Source of the DNA: Candidatus Altiarchaeota archaeon | GTDB lineage: Archaea; Altiarchaeota; Altiarchaeia; IMC4; SCGC-AAA252-I15 | Reading direction: 5' to 3' | Length of the DNA stretch: 64,000 nucleotides | Assembly (NCBI GenBank): GCA_043800705.1 | Contig: JAZDMS010000001.1 | Location: 1-64,000 of the forward strand | In this document: positions 18,984 through 28,265 of the stretch, one piece after another | How the letters are laid out: each line of letters begins with the position of its first letter | Position numbering within the stretch: the first letter of the stretch is position 1 | Notes under the pieces: generated by a model | Seen by the model: the letters and a program-made list of their open reading frames with translations, nothing else | Databases searched by the model: none | Told to the model about the DNA's origin: nothing | Position numbers and translations under genes: made by a program

Positions 18984-21900
18984 GCTGCAAAAAGGCAAGA
19001 AATCTGAGGCTCGCATTTGCAGCGGTCGCGCTCTATCTAGCAATGACCGTCCTGCTTGCAGCCGTATCCGCCGACTCCAATGAGAATTGGATGATCGAGT
19101 GGACCGCCTGGCTACTTGAAGACGTCCTCCTCGCAGGCATCTTCCAGGCGATATATGAAAAAATGAGCATGGTCGTAATCTCGCCCATAATAGTGCTTAC
19201 CATGGCAAATCCGTGCGTATGGGCCCCCTCCGGTGCATGCGACTCATACGTGATCCATATCCCCTACGGGGACGTCACCTGGTCACAGCCCCTTGACCAG
19301 ACCATATCTATATTCAACGCCCGCCTGATAATGCTCTTGCAGATGATCTATGTTCTTGCGATCACCCTCGTCGGAATGTACCTGATCTTCATGGCGGGCT
19401 CTCCGCAGGGGAGAAATGTCGCAAAGGAGACGTTCATCCGCCTCATGATGGGGATGATACTGGTCTCTATGTCCCCTCTACTATTCCAGCTGTTCGGTGT
19501 AGATATCGTTCGGGGCGTCACAACAACCATCCTAAACGAAGCCTCGAGCAGGCCTGCGGGAATGGGGTTCATGGGGACCTTCTTCTCAGGCGTGAAATAC
19601 CTCTGCACTACGGCATGCTTCCTTTCCATCGGATTTTTCGTAGCCATCATCGTCGCATTCCGGTACTTCCTCGTATTCGTCGCGGCATGTTTCTTCCCCC
19701 TTACAATGTTCTTTTATTTCACTGACATACCCAATCCCCTGTTCTCGACAAGAGGCCTTGGGACCAGGATGCTCAGGGCCACGATACTGCTTTTCGTCGT
19801 CCAGCTCATACAGGTAATGTTCCTGGCAATGGGGTTGGGCATAGCATCCCACAGCGGCGGCAACATATTCGGCGAGTTCCTCCTTATGATTGCATGTTAC
19901 GCCGGAATTCTGGCATCGCCGTTGGTCGGCATGCAGCTCCTCGCCTGGGTAGGGACCGTCATCCACGTAGCCTCCGGAAGGCCAGGATCGCCTATGTCCC
20001 GGTTCATATCGACCTGGATGCGGACCGGCAGGATCTCATCCGCGCTTACGACGGCAAGCGGACAATACATGATCGGGCACAACCTGAACGTCGGCGGAGG
20101 AAGCCCGGGCTCGACTGCGAGCGAGGGATGGGGCACGTCATCGAGGGGTATTTTTTCGATGGGCGAAAGCGTCGACCAAAGATATCCGCACACAGGCCGC
20201 GTCGGGCCGGCAGGCATCAGGGACTCCAGCATGCTGTTCGGAGCTGCGGGAACGGCAGGCCAAGCATCGGCAGGTAAGCAACCGTCCGGGGGCGTACAAA
20301 CACCTTCGGGACCGGCAACAGGCGCCGGATTTGCCGCGGCCAGGGCGCAAAGGCCATCAGGCGCTTTCGCATCAGGCGGCCGCACGGGGTCCGCAGTCGC
20401 CGGACCGTCGGCATCGATGTCTCCCCAAGGTCCTGGGGAAGCTCATGGGCCGATGTCGCCGGGTACGAATGTGGTCCGTCAAGCGCCAAGATCCGGCACC
20501 CAAGTAATGGGAGACGATGGGATGGGAGGATCGAACCTGTCAATCTCGTCGAGTCAATCGTCCAGGGATGCGTCGAAGTCATCGACTACCCAGGGCGGCG
20601 GGCTCAGGAAGACTAAGGAACAAGGCAGGGCCGGGGCGCCGCTCTCGCCGCTTCGCACTGGTGCTGGGCCCCAGGCAATGGCAGGATCGAATGTTCCGGG
20701 AACTGCGTCTTCCGGGAAACCGTCCGCATCCGGTGTCAAGATGCAGACCCAGGGGTCAGGGAACTTGGGAGCTCCAAAACTGCCTCAAATGGGTCCAGGC
20801 GCCCCTGGCGGCAGGACCCCACAAGGGTCGGGAGTAATGGGGGGCCACGAACCGTCGCAGGCCTACTCCCAAACCGCCACACCCGCACAAACTCAGCAAG
20901 GCCAAGAAGACAGTATGGAGAAGCCGGAACAACCGAGTGCCTCTCCCCAGAAACAACAAGGCCAAGGAGGCAGTTTGGCTAGGCGGGAACAACCGAGCAC
21001 CCCTCCCCAGACACTACAAGGCCAGGGAAGCATTTTGACCCGACAGGAACGCGAAGCTAAGAGGTTCGGACAAGAACAGGCGCAGGCAGCGCAGCGTCAA
21101 GTCCAAAAAGAAGCGAGAGAGGACCAATTCCTGGAACAGAAGAGACAGAGATACGACCAGCTGCTTGAAGCCGATAACAAAACCGCAGCGGCTTCGGCCG
21201 CACGGAGCCTGGATAAACAGCTGGATTCCGCGAAGCAGACATTCGAAAAGAGAGGAATAAAATTCGACAAGGATGCCGCGAGGGACAGCCTTCTCAGCAT
21301 GGCGCCGCCCGGAAAAGTCGACGAGTTCCTGAAGACAGGCGCGGCGGAAGGACTAATAGACGGTGCGCTGTCGTCGAAGAATTTGATGACCAATGAAAGC
21401 AACGAGGACCCCAATGGATACATCCTTGAGCAGGCGCAGAAAAGAGGCTACAAACCTCCTACTGCCGCCCAAGGCGGTCCGGATGCTGCTGGTGGACGGT
21501 ACTCGTCTGCAGAAGCGAGGTTTGCCGCTGCGGGCGGTGCGAAGTATGCGCAGACCAGGAAGGCCGGCCAACTCACTCGCGCAGCCTCGATACGCGAACA
21601 GTCACCCGGCGCCGGTCGGGGCGGCGGCATCGGCCAGGGAGGACCAACGGAAGGCGCAGCAGCAACAGGGCCGTCATCGCATACTAACAGAGGCGACCTT
21701 GCGGAATGGCAGACGAAAAATAAGGCACTCACCGAAGACGGAGCCAAAAAAGTAATAGACGACCTCAAAGACAAAGGATACGCCAGCGGCGATCAGATCA
21801 AGGGCCTAGCCCTCGGCATACTCGGCGGCACCCTCGATCCCGAAACCTCCGAGGAAGGCCTCAAGGCGCTCAAGAAAGGCCTCGACGATCCCCACACAAG

Positions 21901-24900
21901 GGACGCCTCATCCATCGCATTAAGCTGGCTCGGACAAAACTCAACAGACCCTGAAATACAAAAGGCCGCAAGGCAGGCGATTTCAGGGGTAATGGTCGCT
22001 CCCTCGAGAACGACATTGGCTGAAGAAGCTGCCTGGGCCAGGCGAGGGGCAGATGCCGAAAGAACAACCGCTCCAGCAGCTAGCAGGGCACAGTATGCGG
22101 GTCCCGGACAGGTCGGACAGCTCACCCGCGCGGGTGAGATGCGGGAACAACGGCCAGGCACAGCATATGGAGGTGAAACGCGCGCCGCAAGAGGAAGAGG
22201 ATTAAAAGGGATAGGTTCACGGGTCACTGGAGCGTTCCTCCGCATCGGACGGGGCATAAGGAGCGCATACCTGCAGAGTACGAACATGTACTCCTGGTCA
22301 GACAGCGTCACCGCCCAATGGAATTCGCAATATCAGACACCCCGCCATGTAATAAAAGCCGATGATGTGATACTCAGATTGGACTCTCAAATGGACGTCC
22401 CTGAGAGCCAAATTAGCGCCTTCTCAGGCCTGATAGTGAACGGCCAATTGGATGACTTCGATACTGCAATGGGTATAAGGGCGTTGACACGCAACACCAG
22501 CGGTTATTCTCCGGTTTGGCCAAACCATATTCCCTCCGCTCTTGCACTCGGTCGGATAGCCCTTGAAGCAAACAATCCGGACGTAAAAAGAAATGCAATG
22601 AGCGTGCTCCTGGAAAAACCATACCTTCTCGATCAGATTGTGCAACATGGGTCGCCTCAACTGCGGGATGCGGCTATGGGGATAATACGGGATAATATCG
22701 GTCAAATGATGCAGACTGATGTGAGAAAATCAGGTTATCTGGACAAGGACTCGATATCCCTGGTCAAGGACCTGGCAATTTACGGCAAATCCCCGGAAGA
22801 AAAGGCATCCGCCATCGGAAAACTCGTGGAAGGGATGTACGACACCGCCCATGCTGACTCATATAAATCAAATTTTTATTCTTCCCATGCATTGGGCAAG
22901 GTAATCCTAAAGGGAGACGACAGCGTACGCAACGTGGCGTTAACCCACCTGTTAGATGCATCCAAGGACCATTCGCTCATCAAAATAGGGGATGACGCCT
23001 ACGCCTCCAGGAGCAGGTATGCATTCAACAGTCTGGCCGAAACCTACCTCGAAAGCCCGGAGGACGTCAAGGCTTTGATTCGTCCCGCCATTTCGGCGGT
23101 TATAACCCAATCCGGCTTGGACGTATCCGACACCCTCCTCGCATGGGATAAGAATGTCGGAATGGAAAGGAACGAGGATGGAAGCTTTAAAACCGCAGAT
23201 TTGGGATATGGCTCCTGTCTTAACGTCCTGTCCTCATTGAATGCCGAAAGGCCTGGGGCGGCGAAATATCTCCATGAGAAATACGGGCTCACGGTATTCG
23301 GCCGCTACACGTCCAAAACCCTCATGCACATCTACGATCAGGACCAGCGGATAGCAGCCGGCCAGGAAGCGCCTAAAAATTTGGGTCTTATCGTTTTGCC
23401 CCAATCGGACTGGAACGGAGCCTTTTTATCAGATGCCCACACCTTGGAAAAACTGGTGCTGGACGGGGGTGCAAGGATCGTGGAGGCGGAGACAGCGATG
23501 GATCTGGGCAGGGCTTTGATAACCCACACGAAGAAATTCGGGCCGATGCCTTTCTTCGTGGGGGGCGGCCATGGGACCCCCAACGGCGTGCAAATCGGCG
23601 AAAACACGGTTCTTGACATACTCAACATCGAGAATAGCCACAGCCTAGCAAGACCCGAAAAGCAGAGGCGTCTGTTCACGGACAATCCAACGATCATACT
23701 CGCATCATGCTCAACCGGGGCAGATGTGAAAACATCATCCGAAACCAGGCCTGGATTCGGGCAGACTCTATCTCAGAAACTCGAAGGAATAAACGCAAAG
23801 GTCATAGCTCCGGACAGGCCGACCGGTCTCCAGGATATCTCCTTTAGAAGAGAGGGCGATAGGCTCGAATTTGAGGTTAAGTACTCAACTGATGCTCGGA
23901 AGGAATTCGTCGGCGGAAAGGCCCTCCCCTCGAGCCCGGATGCCATCAAGAAATACCTGCTTTCGAATCCGAACGTCTCCGACTCGGCGCGGATAGGTCT
24001 AGGGGAACGTCTCCTCGGGAGGCGGCTTAACGAGAACGAGCGCACCGCCGTCCTCGAAGCGCACGAGTTGCCAGGAGCTATCGGCGAAATCCATGCAGGC
24101 GACGCCGAAGTCTACGGCAAAGGCCGGCGCCTTTTAAGTACGTTCAGGGAAGTGAACCTGGGGGCGGGTATGAGCCAAGAGGATGCCAGGGCTAAGGCCA
24201 GGCGGGAGGCTCAGCTGATTTTGGATGCGGGAATAGCTGGGAAGGCGGCAGCCGAGGGCATGCCACGGGCTATTGTGGACATTAACCAAAAGCTAGAACA
24301 TCTACGGAATTGGGACGATAAAAAAGCAACAGAAGCGGAAAAAGATTCAATCGGCTTTGGGAAAGGCTATTCCCCATTTATCGACGCCATGAGGGAAATC
24401 CACGGGGACAAAGCCGCTGGCCGGATCATCGAAATAGCGGAAAAAATTAGGGCTGAGGGAAGAAGGCTACAGGATATGGATGGGGAAGCAGGCCAAGGCG
24501 GTAATTTTAACGGTTATCTGAATTTGGCGATGAATACCGGTATAGATAAGTTTGACTTCAATGCAATAAGCGAAATAAAGGACCGACAGGAGAGGTCAAG
24601 GTATATCATCGAAAAGTCAAAAAACGTGAAAGACAATATACTAAGGCGTGACGAATGGGCTTCCATATTGATAAATGCAGGCGATGATATGCACCGGCAA
24701 ATTGAATTCTCCGAAAAATTGAATAGACAAGACCCGACGAAGAATGTGTTTATCTCTCGCGTTGATGCCATGGGCTCATCGTCTATCGTCCTGGAACACC
24801 TTTTCGGATACCAGCTGGAGCGTATCCCGAAAGTTGAGTCCCCGGACGGTAAGGCACGAACCACTTCACAGCCCGAACCAAAACCTGGGACTTATACCCC

Positions 24901-26008
24901 CCCTAACGGCGGCAGTCCCGGAAGGCCGTTTACTCAGGATATGCAGCCGGCACAAGTCTCAACCGGCGAAAGAAGACCTTCCGGGGCAGTTCTGCCAGGG
25001 CATTTGGCAGATATACAGTTGACTCCGGCTGATTATCCGGAAAGGGGGGGAATGGACGATCAAACGTACCGGCGGGCTGTGGAGAAAGATACTACTATAA
25101 AATTGTTGCGAATGGACATCGGCGCAAAATATGACCGCGAATTCAGGGAAAACTGGAATGCGTTCATGGACCAGTCGACGGTCGAAGACCTTTTGAAGGC
25201 CAGAAAAACCCTTATCCAAATTGCCGGGGAAAAATATCCCAACCCGGAAAAACTTGCGATTCTGAAGAGAATAATACCTGCGGCAAATAAAACCGCTGCG
25301 GCGCCAGTCCAGACCCGGCCAGTTTCCGTTTCGGAAACGATTGGCAAGCAGTCAGCGGAAACAGGGCCAATCGGAGCGAAGACTCCACCTATTCCAGCCT
25401 CTGAGCCTTCTCCGAACGCTGAAATCAAGCCCGCCGGACCAGTTCCTCTAATCGAAGAGCTGCCCGTGCGAGATGTATTAGCCTCAGCCAAGCCAGCCGC
25501 CTCCGACTCGTCAGTCTTCGCATCCCGCAGGCAGGAGGCCGCGAAAGACCTGATAGGCGCGGCAACTGTCAAGGGGACAATATCAGCCGTCCTGGAAGGC
25601 GGAAAGGTTGAACTGACAGACGAGAAAGGCTCAAAGAGGCTGGAAAGTGCAGACGGCCTCCGGCTGCTTAAAAGGGTACTCAGACCCGGCTCCGCAATGG
25701 ATGAGCCTGATGAGGAACTCGTCGAGGCGGAGATTGTCACATGCAAGCGTTGCGGCAGATTGTTCAAAAAAACAGGGGTCTTGGCTGACGCGAAGAAGAG
25801 ACTCGACAGGAAGAGGAAGCACGCCCAGAAGTTGGAGGCAAAGGGGGACTTGAAGGGCGATTCGATCAAGGACAAGGGCTCAGCAGGCAAGGGGGAAGGA
25901 ACCGGAGGTTCAGCGGCCTCTAAAGGCGACGGCCTCAAGGATGTGGGTGGTCCTTCGAAGGGAGTCGACGGATTGAAGGGCGCTGGAGGTAAGAAGGATG
26001 AGCGATGA
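18980..26008 (+). CDS. Giant VirB6/TrbL-like membrane protein with multidomain tail (HEAT-like repeats, caspase-fold peptidase-like domain, Zn half-site; 2342 aa)
   Basis: Paralogous TM region to the upstream gene, ATGA-coupled; GHG (23567-23575) and IILASCSTG (Cys 23708); CKRC at 25742. Confidence 0.65.
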   Translation: MSCKKARNLRLAFAAVALYLAMTVLLAAVSADSNENWMIEWTAWLLEDVLLAGIFQAIYEKMSMVVISPIIVLTMANPCVWAPSGACDSYVIHIPYGDVTWSQPLDQTISIFNARLIMLLQMIYVLAITLVGMYLIFMAGSPQGRNVAKETFIRLMMGMILVSMSPLLFQLFGVDIVRGVTTTILNEASSRPAGMGFMGTFFSGVKYLCTTACFLSIGFFVAIIVAFRYFLVFVAACFFPLTMFFYFTDIPNPLFSTRGLGTRMLRATILLFVVQLIQVMFLAMGLGIASHSGGNIFGEFLLMIACYAGILASPLVGMQLLAWVGTVIHVASGRPGSPMSRFISTWMRTGRISSALTTASGQYMIGHNLNVGGGSPGSTASEGWGTSSRGIFSMGESVDQRYPHTGRVGPAGIRDSSMLFGAAGTAGQASAGKQPSGGVQTPSGPATGAGFAAARAQRPSGAFASGGRTGSAVAGPSASMSPQGPGEAHGPMSPGTNVVRQAPRSGTQVMGDDGMGGSNLSISSSQSSRDASKSSTTQGGGLRKTKEQGRAGAPLSPLRTGAGPQAMAGSNVPGTASSGKPSASGVKMQTQGSGNLGAPKLPQMGPGAPGGRTPQGSGVMGGHEPSQAYSQTATPAQTQQGQEDSMEKPEQPSASPQKQQGQGGSLARREQPSTPPQTLQGQGSILTRQEREAKRFGQEQAQAAQRQVQKEAREDQFLEQKRQRYDQLLEADNKTAAASAARSLDKQLDSAKQTFEKRGIKFDKDAARDSLLSMAPPGKVDEFLKTGAAEGLIDGALSSKNLMTNESNEDPNGYILEQAQKRGYKPPTAAQGGPDAAGGRYSSAEARFAAAGGAKYAQTRKAGQLTRAASIREQSPGAGRGGGIGQGGPTEGAAATGPSSHTNRGDLAEWQTKNKALTEDGAKKVIDDLKDKGYASGDQIKGLALGILGGTLDPETSEEGLKALKKGLDDPHTRDASSIALSWLGQNSTDPEIQKAARQAISGVMVAPSRTTLAEEAAWARRGADAERTTAPAASRAQYAGPGQVGQLTRAGEMREQRPGTAYGGETRAARGRGLKGIGSRVTGAFLRIGRGIRSAYLQSTNMYSWSDSVTAQWNSQYQTPRHVIKADDVILRLDSQMDVPESQISAFSGLIVNGQLDDFDTAMGIRALTRNTSGYSPVWPNHIPSALALGRIALEANNPDVKRNAMSVLLEKPYLLDQIVQHGSPQLRDAAMGIIRDNIGQMMQTDVRKSGYLDKDSISLVKDLAIYGKSPEEKASAIGKLVEGMYDTAHADSYKSNFYSSHALGKVILKGDDSVRNVALTHLLDASKDHSLIKIGDDAYASRSRYAFNSLAETYLESPEDVKALIRPAISAVITQSGLDVSDTLLAWDKNVGMERNEDGSFKTADLGYGSCLNVLSSLNAERPGAAKYLHEKYGLTVFGRYTSKTLMHIYDQDQRIAAGQEAPKNLGLIVLPQSDWNGAFLSDAHTLEKLVLDGGARIVEAETAMDLGRALITHTKKFGPMPFFVGGGHGTPNGVQIGENTVLDILNIENSHSLARPEKQRRLFTDNPTIILASCSTGADVKTSSETRPGFGQTLSQKLEGINAKVIAPDRPTGLQDISFRREGDRLEFEVKYSTDARKEFVGGKALPSSPDAIKKYLLSNPNVSDSARIGLGERLLGRRLNENERTAVLEAHELPGAIGEIHAGDAEVYGKGRRLLSTFREVNLGAGMSQEDARAKARREAQLILDAGIAGKAAAEGMPRAIVDINQKLEHLRNWDDKKATEAEKDSIGFGKGYSPFIDAMREIHGDKAAGRIIEIAEKIRAEGRRLQDMDGEAGQGGNFNGYLNLAMNTGIDKFDFNAISEIKDRQERSRYIIEKSKNVKDNILRRDEWASILINAGDDMHRQIEFSEKLNRQDPTKNVFISRVDAMGSSSIVLEHLFGYQLERIPKVESPDGKARTTSQPEPKPGTYTPPNGGSPGRPFTQDMQPAQVSTGERRPSGAVLPGHLADIQLTPADYPERGGMDDQTYRRAVEKDTTIKLLRMDIGAKYDREFRENWNAFMDQSTVEDLLKARKTLIQIAGEKYPNPEKLAILKRIIPAANKTAAAPVQTRPVSVSETIGKQSAETGPIGAKTPPIPASEPSPNAEIKPAGPVPLIEELPVRDVLASAKPAASDSSVFASRRQEAAKDLIGAATVKGTISAVLEGGKVELTDEKGSKRLESADGLRLLKRVLRPGSAMDEPDEELVEAEIVTCKRCGRLFKKTGVLADAKKRLDRKRKHAQKLEAKGDLKGDSIKDKGSAGKGEGTGGSAASKGDGLKDVGGPSKGVDGLKGAGGKKDER
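20867..21046 (+). repeat. 60-bp in-frame tandem repeat (two good copies plus one degenerate)
   Basis: EQPSASPQKQQGQGGSLARR / EQPSTPPQTLQGQGSILTRQ starting at 20927 and 20987. Confidence 0.85.
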
Positions 26009-26561
26009 CCTGTGTCCGGAATGCGTGGAAGAGCTGAAGCAGATGGCCCTAGCCAAGGCGGCTGCAGCGGGCGGGGACAAGAACGCCCAGAAGGAGGTCG
26101 AGGCATTGTCTTCGGCGGGGGTCCCCGAGGACGTCGACGATGAGGTCAGATCCATGCTCAACTCTCTCATAAGTAAGAGGAACGATATCGCCGCCACCGG
26201 CAGATACAGGGACCTCTCCTACATAGACTCGATAATCGGGACTGCAAGGTCCCACTACCTTGGGAAGGAATACGACCTCGCCCTGGACAACATAAGCTCG
26301 GGAGTGCCAGAAGTCAACCACGCCTACAACGTCGCCATCTACCAGGTTCAGGCGGAGTCAAAGCTGAAGGAGGTCGAGGACCTCGCCCAGACGATGCGGG
26401 CGCAGCCGGCGGCAAAGACAGGGATGGGTGAGGGTGCCGAAGTAAAAAACGTGGAATCCCTTGTCGAGGACGCGAAGAAGCTCATCTCAGACGGCAAGTT
26501 CAAGGAAGCGTCGGAGAAACTCTCGTCAGCCGACACGCAGAAGACGGAAAAGAAGAAATGA
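25998..26561 (+). CDS. Helical protein with N-terminal CxxC; possibly the frameshifted continuation of the upstream giant protein
   Basis: MSDDLCPEC..., GGAGGT SD at 25985-25990, overlaps the upstream stop. Confidence 0.7.
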   Translation: MSDDLCPECVEELKQMALAKAAAAGGDKNAQKEVEALSSAGVPEDVDDEVRSMLNSLISKRNDIAATGRYRDLSYIDSIIGTARSHYLGKEYDLALDNISSGVPEVNHAYNVAIYQVQAESKLKEVEDLAQTMRAQPAAKTGMGEGAEVKNVESLVEDAKKLISDGKFKEASEKLSSADTQKTEKKK

Positions 26562-26568
26562 CGCCTTT

Positions 26569-28074
26569 TCAGGTCACTTCTTCAAGTATCAGCCCGCCTA
26601 CCCTCATCGGGGCAAGCTGCCCCGCGAGCTTGATGGCCTCTTCGAGCTTGCCGGCATTCTGGGCGTATATGGTGTATAGCTTCCCGCCCTTCTGGACTGT
26701 GTCGCCGACGCATGATTCGAGGTAGACCCCCGCGCCCAGGTCCCTCGGGGCTCCTGCGGCCCTAGCTACCTTAGATATGACTTTGCTGTCTATGCTGTTG
26801 ACCTTTCCTGCCCGGTCCGACAGGATGTCGAAGGTCTTGTCCCCCAATGGGATGGTCTCAGGCTTGATCTTGGCGTTGCCTCCCTGGGCCTCGATTATCT
26901 CCATCATCTTCTGCCTCGCCTTCCCGGAACTGAGCATCTTCTCAGCCAAAGCCCTGCCTTCGCCGGCCCTTGTCTTGCCGGAGAGCTCGAACAGCGCCGC
27001 CGCCAAGTCTATGCTCTTGTTGGTGAGGTCCAGCGGCCCCCTGCATTCGAGGCAGAGGAGGACGTCCCTGGCTTCAAGGGCCGGGCCTATCCCTCTTCCG
27101 ATGGGCGCGCTGCCGTCGGAGAGTACGCACTTCGTCTTGATCTCCAAACGGTTTCCGAGCTGTATGAACTTGCGGGCGAGGTCCTGTGCGGCGTTCATGT
27201 CTTCTATCTTGGCACCCTTTCCCACGGGTATGTCGATTACGAGGTATTTGGAGCCTACGCTCTTCTTCTTCGCCATGACGGAAGCCAGGACCTGGCCTTC
27301 CGGATCTATGGAGAGCGGGTATTCGACCCTGATGATCTTGTCGTCGGCGGGAGCCAGGTTCACCGACCCCCCCCAGACTATGAATCCGCCGGTCTTCTTC
27401 ACGATTTCCTTCAGCTCGGGAATGGTAAATTCGACCTTCGCAAGCACCTGCATCGTGTCCGCGGTGCCTGCGGGTGACGTGATCGCCCTGGAACTGGTCT
27501 TGGGCATCGTCATCCCTGCAGCGGCTACTATGGGCACGACGATCATCGTCGTCCTGTTGCCTGCGACGCCTCCTATGCAGTGCTTGTCGACGGTGTTGGG
27601 GCCGAAGTTTATCTGCTCCCCAGTTTCGACCATCGCCTGGGTCAGTGCCACCGTCTCGTCCATGTCGTATCCCTTGATGTAGGCTGCGACTATGAGTGCG
27701 GTCACTTCTATGTCGGAAAGGTTGTTCTCGACTATGTCCTGGACTATCGTCGTTATCTCATGCCCGTGCAGGTGCTGCCCCTGAAGCTTCTTCTTGATGA
27801 ATTCCGCGGATTTTGGCTTCGATGCCGGCTTGATGTCGACATCGTCTCCGCCGTTCAGATCGAGGGCTTCCTTAACGTCCTTGAATATGCCCATCTCCCC
27901 CGGCGGCACGAGGGATGTGGTGGCGTCGATTATGGCCGTGACTGCCATCTTGTCGCCCTTGGAGATCCTGATTCTGTCTCCGATGTGGACGCCCAGCTCC
28001 TTCATGTCCTCCTCGTTCAGGACGACTATCGGCTTCCCTGTCTCAATCTCGTAATAGTGGACTTTGACGTTCAT
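26569..28074 (-). CDS. AMP phosphorylase (archaeal NMP phosphorylase)
   Basis: DKHCIGGVAGN, PKTSSRAITSPAGTAD, GGSVNLAPADD; N-terminal extension typical of AMP phosphorylases. Confidence 0.93.
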   Translation of the reverse strand: MNVKVHYYEIETGKPIVVLNEEDMKELGVHIGDRIRISKGDKMAVTAIIDATTSLVPPGEMGIFKDVKEALDLNGGDDVDIKPASKPKSAEFIKKKLQGQHLHGHEITTIVQDIVENNLSDIEVTALIVAAYIKGYDMDETVALTQAMVETGEQINFGPNTVDKHCIGGVAGNRTTMIVVPIVAAAGMTMPKTSSRAITSPAGTADTMQVLAKVEFTIPELKEIVKKTGGFIVWGGSVNLAPADDKIIRVEYPLSIDPEGQVLASVMAKKKSVGSKYLVIDIPVGKGAKIEDMNAAQDLARKFIQLGNRLEIKTKCVLSDGSAPIGRGIGPALEARDVLLCLECRGPLDLTNKSIDLAAALFELSGKTRAGEGRALAEKMLSSGKARQKMMEIIEAQGGNAKIKPETIPLGDKTFDILSDRAGKVNSIDSKVISKVARAAGAPRDLGAGVYLESCVGDTVQKGGKLYTIYAQNAGKLEEAIKLAGQLAPMRVGGLILEEVT

Positions 28075-28099
28075 GTTGGAATGAAATTAGCCTTAGCGG

Positions 28100-28246
28100 A
28101 ATAAATAGCCGCGACCTGAAGGTCGCGGTATTGCGGCTGAGGCATTCGCCTCAGACACACGCCCGAGCCAAAAGGCTCGGCTGTGTTATCCATTAAGCGC
28201 GGCATTGTCCTCATTCATCCCACACCAAAAAACCGGGTTTCTTGCG
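28100..28246. mobile_element. Non-autonomous palindrome-rich element resembling IS200/IS605-family ends
   Basis: Hairpins CCGCGACC-tgaa-GGTCGCGG, CTGAGGC-attc-GCCTCAG, CCGAGCC-aaaa-GGCTCGG, ending TTCATCCC...GGGTTTCTTGCG. Confidence 0.5.
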
Positions 28247-28265
28247 TTTAATCGGATAAATACGC

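Noticed and set aside
14706-26008. Prophage tape-measure or complete conjugative element
   Set aside because: No capsid, terminase, integrase, relaxase or VirB4 in the flanks, and no att repeats seen
25060-26106. 348-aa minus-strand ORF and other long antisense ORFs (e.g. 26777-27682, 45124-46338)
   Set aside because: Antisense shadows of well-supported genes in GC-rich coding sequence
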